33,733 bases of DNA. Source: a bacterium (GTDB taxonomy: Bacteria; Sysuimicrobiota; Sysuimicrobiia; Sysuimicrobiales; Humicultoraceae). A program made the position numbers and the translations under genes. The notes beneath the pieces are model-generated. The model was not told the origin of the DNA, searched no databases, and worked only from the letters and a program-made list of their open reading frames with translations. The DNA is taken from NCBI GenBank assembly GCA_050694895.1, contig JBOGSE010000383.1, positions 1 through 33,733 of the forward strand, read 5' to 3'. This document shows positions 30,919 to 33,733 of the stretch, piece after piece (positions within the stretch are counted from its first letter, which is position 1; each line of letters begins with the position of its first letter).

Positions 30919-31370
30919 CGCGCGGTCTGCCCGCGCTTGCTGACTTCACGTTCAATGGCTTTGAAAAATTCGCCGGTCAGCTGTTTGGCGACGCCGGGGA
31001 TGAGACGGTGTCCGATGCTCATCAGCGTGCCCGTGACCTGTATGTCGCCGACATAGTGGACGGTCGTCGCACTGCCCTCGTCCTGCAGGGTGAGGGTGCC
31101 GCTGGCCTTGATCGAGCCGGCGCGTCCGCCACCCTCGACGACGATGGTCATGCGCTCCGGGGGTGTCTGATCGGTAATCCGCACCTTGCCCTGATACGAT
31201 CCTTTGACCGGCCCCACGGCCAGCTCGATGATGGCATCGAAGGTGTTGTCCCCGGCAGGCGTCAGCTGTTTGAGTCCCGGCGCCGTTCTCGCAAGAACGT
31301 CCGGATCGTTGAGGGCGTTCCAGACCGCCTCGCGCGGGGCAGAAAACCGGTACTCCCCCTCAATCTTCAC
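30915..31370 (-). CDS. coxG: CoxG-like SRPBCC-fold protein (carbon monoxide dehydrogenase subunit G family), 151 aa
   Basis: MKIEGEYRFSAPREAVWNALNDPDVLARTAPG...FDAIIELAVGPVKGSYQGKVRI... is a typical COXG/SRPBCC pattern. GTG start with SD GGGGAGG. Confidence 0.8.
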   Translation of the reverse strand: MKIEGEYRFSAPREAVWNALNDPDVLARTAPGLKQLTPAGDNTFDAIIELAVGPVKGSYQGKVRITDQTPPERMTIVVEGGGRAGSIKASGTLTLQDEGSATTVHYVGDIQVTGTLMSIGHRLIPGVAKQLTGEFFKAIEREVSKRGQTAR

Positions 31371-31443
31371 GAAGGACCTCCCCAGTGCCGATTGTGCCGA
31401 TGGCCGACACGTTGTTCAACACGTCTCAGCATAATAAGGAAGC

Positions 31444-31472
31444 GGGGACGCAGGCAAGGAACCTGCGTCCCC
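31444..31472 (-). terminator. Candidate intrinsic terminator after the secreted hypothetical gene and upstream of the cox cluster
   Basis: GGGGACGCAGG-N7-CCTGCGTCCCC is a perfect 11-bp stem. On the minus strand it is followed by GCUUCCUUAUUAUGC, which is U-rich but interrupted. Confidence 0.4.
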
Positions 31473-31500
31473 CAATGCTCTCCCGTGCTGCCGATCTGCG

Positions 31501-31920
31501 TTAGAAGGCGACGACCGTGGCGGGAAACCCCTTGTTGATTCCCCCCGCCAGCCGTTGGGCCCACTGGCGGGCGAGCTCCATGGTCGTGACTTTGACGCCG
31601 GTATCGGCCACGTCCTCGGGTGTCACCGTGAGAATCACGGCTTCTTCCACCAGGATGGCGGCGCTCGGGCCGACCGGACGCACCGTGAGCGTCACCCCCC
31701 TCTCGCGGTACCGGGGGTTGCTCAGAACGTTCGTGATTCTCCGCTCCACGTCGGCGACGCGCTCTGCCAGGGACATCGCCCCAATGCCACGCGTCAGCCG
31801 GAACGTCCACACGCCGCCAACGGCGATATCCCCAAGGTCGGCGAATGCAGGACGGGTCACTCCAAGAACGGCACTCCCTATAACCAGGAGTACCATGAGT
31901 GCGGTCAGGTTCGTCCGCAT
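31501..31920 (-). CDS. Small secreted hypothetical protein, 139 aa
   Basis: Signal peptide MRTNLTALMVLLVIGSAVLGVTRPAFA-D. The mature part has no motif I recognise. Codon usage is consistent with the neighbouring genes. Confidence 0.55.
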   Translation of the reverse strand: MRTNLTALMVLLVIGSAVLGVTRPAFADLGDIAVGGVWTFRLTRGIGAMSLAERVADVERRITNVLSNPRYRERGVTLTVRPVGPSAAILVEEAVILTVTPEDVADTGVKVTTMELARQWAQRLAGGINKGFPATVVAF

Positions 31921-32106
31921 TGACGATCCCTCCCTGTTTTGTTGAAGGCACCTCTACCCAGACCGTACCTGCCCTCCAGGGGATGTTACCCGGAGGGTTC
32001 TCACGCCAAACGGCGCTTTGCGCGTGTTGTTATGTCCCCAACCCTGGGCATAATGGATGGTAGGAATACTTGGCTATGGTGGGTCACTGATCCTGCGGGG
32101 GCTCCG

Positions 32107-32703
32107 ATGACGACACTACGGATATTCCTGATCGCTTGCTGCATCGGTACTGTGCTCGGCGGCGGACCTTCCGGTTTGGCCGTGGCAGCTCCGGGCGAGA
32201 GTGGAGGGATCGACGAACCCAAGCCCGGAAGCAATCCGTTAGGCGATGGGCTGATCGTCGCGGGTCAGCGCGTTGGTCCGGCCCGCCTGAGCATGACGGT
32301 GGACCAGATCACCGCGGCGGTCGGCATCCGCCCCAAACGCGATGAGTTTCCCCAGGACGGCATCATTCTGTACGAATGGCGCGCGGAGGGGCTGTGGGTG
32401 TCGGTCTCGACGGCGACGAAAGCGATCCGCGTCATCAGCGCCTTCGGCACTTCGGACAAGTATCGCACGGAGAAAGGGGTCTCCCTCCTCCACCCGCGCT
32501 CGAAAATGGAAGAGACCCACGGGAGGAACTACAAGGAGTACAACTACCCCAAGGACGAGATCACGCTGATTCGTTACCACGACCTGGGCCTGCAGTTCGC
32601 CCTTGTCAACAAGCCAAGCACGGGGGTCATCCACAACCGGATATTTCAGATTGGGGTGTTCAAGCCGGGTGATCTGCCGCCTGTTCGTCGGGCGACCCGA
32701 TAA
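32107..32703 (+). CDS. Secreted hypothetical protein, ~198 aa
   Basis: MTTLRIFLIACCIGTVLGGGPSGLAVAAP is signal-like. I chose this internal ATG of ORF 31939..32703 because the upstream 56 codons overlap the divergent promoter region. A candidate promoter TTGTTA-N16-CATAAT lies at 32027-32054. The start is uncertain. Confidence 0.5.
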   Translation: MTTLRIFLIACCIGTVLGGGPSGLAVAAPGESGGIDEPKPGSNPLGDGLIVAGQRVGPARLSMTVDQITAAVGIRPKRDEFPQDGIILYEWRAEGLWVSVSTATKAIRVISAFGTSDKYRTEKGVSLLHPRSKMEETHGRNYKEYNYPKDEITLIRYHDLGLQFALVNKPSTGVIHNRIFQIGVFKPGDLPPVRRATR

Positions 32704-32809
32704 CTGCTGCGCGCAGTCCACGTTCTTAGCCACGTCCCGTTGACACACGTGGGGGGTGGGATGTTTCGTCCGCGCCCCCCAACACACGTTTGTGGTTCGC
32801 GATCGGTGA

Positions 32810-33733
32810 CTACTTCTTCGTCGCCATCTCCCAGATCTCGTGCGTGTAGGTGCTCTGGTCGGCCGCCTTCTTGATCACGCCGAACTTCAGCGCGATATCG
32901 GCGGTCCGCTGGAACGCGGCCGGATCCATCTTGCCGAACGGGGTCGTTGGCGGCGGCGGACCCCAGATGAGCTTGTTGATCTCGGTCATCATCCAGGTCT
33001 GATGCTCTTTGCCCAGCGTCGGGCTCTGCTTGAGCACGATCTCCACGCAGTCGGCCGCGTTGTCGCGGCAGTGCTCCCACCCCTTGAGCGTCGCGCGCAG
33101 GAAGCGCGCCGCAATCTCTTTGTTCTTGGCATCCTTTAACCAGTCTTCTTTGACGAAGATGCCGTCTTCCAGCATCGCGGTGCCTTCCTGGTTGAAGTCG
33201 ACAACGACGAGATCCTCGGGCTTCGCGCCGCCATCGAGCACCTGCTTGTACTCGTTGTACGTCATCGCGGAGGCCGCGGCGACCTCCTTCTTGAGCAGGA
33301 GGTTCATGTCAAAGGGCTGCTGGACGAGGGTGACGTCCTTGTTGCGGTCCAGCTTGTACTTCTCCAGCGTCGCCAGGAGGGCGAACTCGTTCCCGCCGAA
33401 CCACACCGCGATCTTCTTCCCTTTGTAGTCCGCCGGCGTCTTGATCCCTGAATCTTTCCACGAGACCTGCCGCATGCCGCTGTAGGTGAAGACCTGTGCG
33501 ACGTTGACCAGCGGCACACCCTGGTCGCGCGAGGAGAGCAGACTCGGCAGCCAGTCGAGTCCGAACTCGGCCCCGCCGCCGGCCACAACCTGCTCTGGGA
33601 CGATGTCCGGGCCGCCGGGCTGAATCGTCACATCGAGATTCTCCTGCGTGTAATACCCTTTCTCTTTCGCGGCGTAGTAGCCCGCAAACTGGGCCTGTGT
33701 CACCCACTTGAGCTGAACGCGGACCTTTGCCGT
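32810..33733 (-). CDS. NMT1/THI5-like ABC substrate-binding protein (NitT/TauT-type); the N-terminus lies beyond the right edge
   Basis: The frame stays open to the window end (TAKVRVQLKWVTQAQFAGYYAAKEKGYY...), so the track start at 33703 (GTG) is internal. 'QLKW..qAqfAGyy.A.ekGyY' is the characteristic N-terminal motif of this SBP family. Confidence 0.8.
   Translation of the reverse strand, partial: TAKVRVQLKWVTQAQFAGYYAAKEKGYYTQENLDVTIQPGGPDIVPEQVVAGGGAEFGLDWLPSLLSSRDQGVPLVNVAQVFTYSGMRQVSWKDSGIKTPADYKGKKIAVWFGGNEFALLATLEKYKLDRNKDVTLVQQPFDMNLLLKKEVAAASAMTYNEYKQVLDGGAKPEDLVVVDFNQEGTAMLEDGIFVKEDWLKDAKNKEIAARFLRATLKGWEHCRDNAADCVEIVLKQSPTLGKEHQTWMMTEINKLIWGPPPPTTPFGKMDPAAFQRTADIALKFGVIKKAADQSTYTHEIWEMATKK

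Noticed and set aside
32751-32780. G6 ... C6 pairing as a bidirectional terminator between the convergent genes at 32703 and 32810.
   Set aside because: Only about 7 bp can pair, across an 18-nt loop, and there is no U-tract on either strand. The flanking ACACACGT copies are direct repeats, not inverted, so they do not extend the stem.
1-33733. Search for CRISPR arrays, tRNA/rRNA genes, integrases, transposases, reverse transcriptases or phage genes.
   Set aside because: I saw no regularly spaced repeats, no cloverleaf-compatible intergenic segment (all gaps are under 190 nt and are accounted for), and no ORF with recombinase or RT motifs.

Overview
This is a 33.7-kb, GC-rich (about two-thirds G+C by eye), densely coding bacterial chromosomal window. 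I found no rRNA, tRNA, CRISPR array, transposase or integrase. There are about 35 protein genes, most on the minus strand. Many are joined by 4-nt ATGA/GTGA stop-start overlaps (1951-1954, 3896-3899, 10806-10809, 11656-11659, 13059-13062, 21880-21883, 23016-23019, 28552-28555, 30915-30918). I used these overlaps, together with Shine-Dalgarno spacing, to trim several over-long ORF-track starts.

Content from left to right:
1. An edge-truncated Tat-secreted PhoX phosphatase that the ORF track misses.
2. A thioesterase and a TIM-barrel sugar isomerase/epimerase.
3. A wHTH-nucleotidyltransferase gene followed by a HEPN relic.
4. An 8-kb co-directional string: short VOC, Cof phosphatase, FbpA/AfuA-type SBP, fused permease, [DUF4143 AAA+ ATPase], HAD phosphatase, ABC ATPase, creatininase-superfamily hydrolase.
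5. An AbrB-MNT/HEPN toxin-antitoxin-like pair.
6. A Zn-ADH / TIM-barrel / Gfo-Idh-MocA trio.
7. A glutaryl-CoA-dehydrogenase-like gene.
8. A lipoprotein preceded by a 13-codon Lys-rich micro-ORF that has its own SD and terminator.
9. An SLH-SPOR-phosphodiester-glycosidase wall protein.
10. An S9 peptidase.
11. A complete form I (AYRCSFR) aerobic CO dehydrogenase cluster, coxG-coxM'-coxM-coxS-coxL-xdhC::YHS-coxD-coxE-xdhC-mocA.
12. Two secreted hypothetical proteins.
13. An edge-truncated NMT1-type SBP.

No single obvious new defence system is present. The most interesting candidates are:
- A split Thermotoga-type inositol pathway coupled to an AfuABC-like importer and phosphatases.
- Three selfish-looking modules interrupting that locus: a DUF4143 ATPase with a leaderless-type promoter, and two DNA-binding-domain-fused MNT/HEPN modules.
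- The micro-ORF.
- The XdhC-YHS fusion and the tandem coxM paralogues in the cox cluster.

The SLH wall protein, form I CODH and high GC suggest a Chloroflexota/Thermomicrobia-like organism, but that is a guess. All family assignments come from motif recognition by eye. No database search was run.
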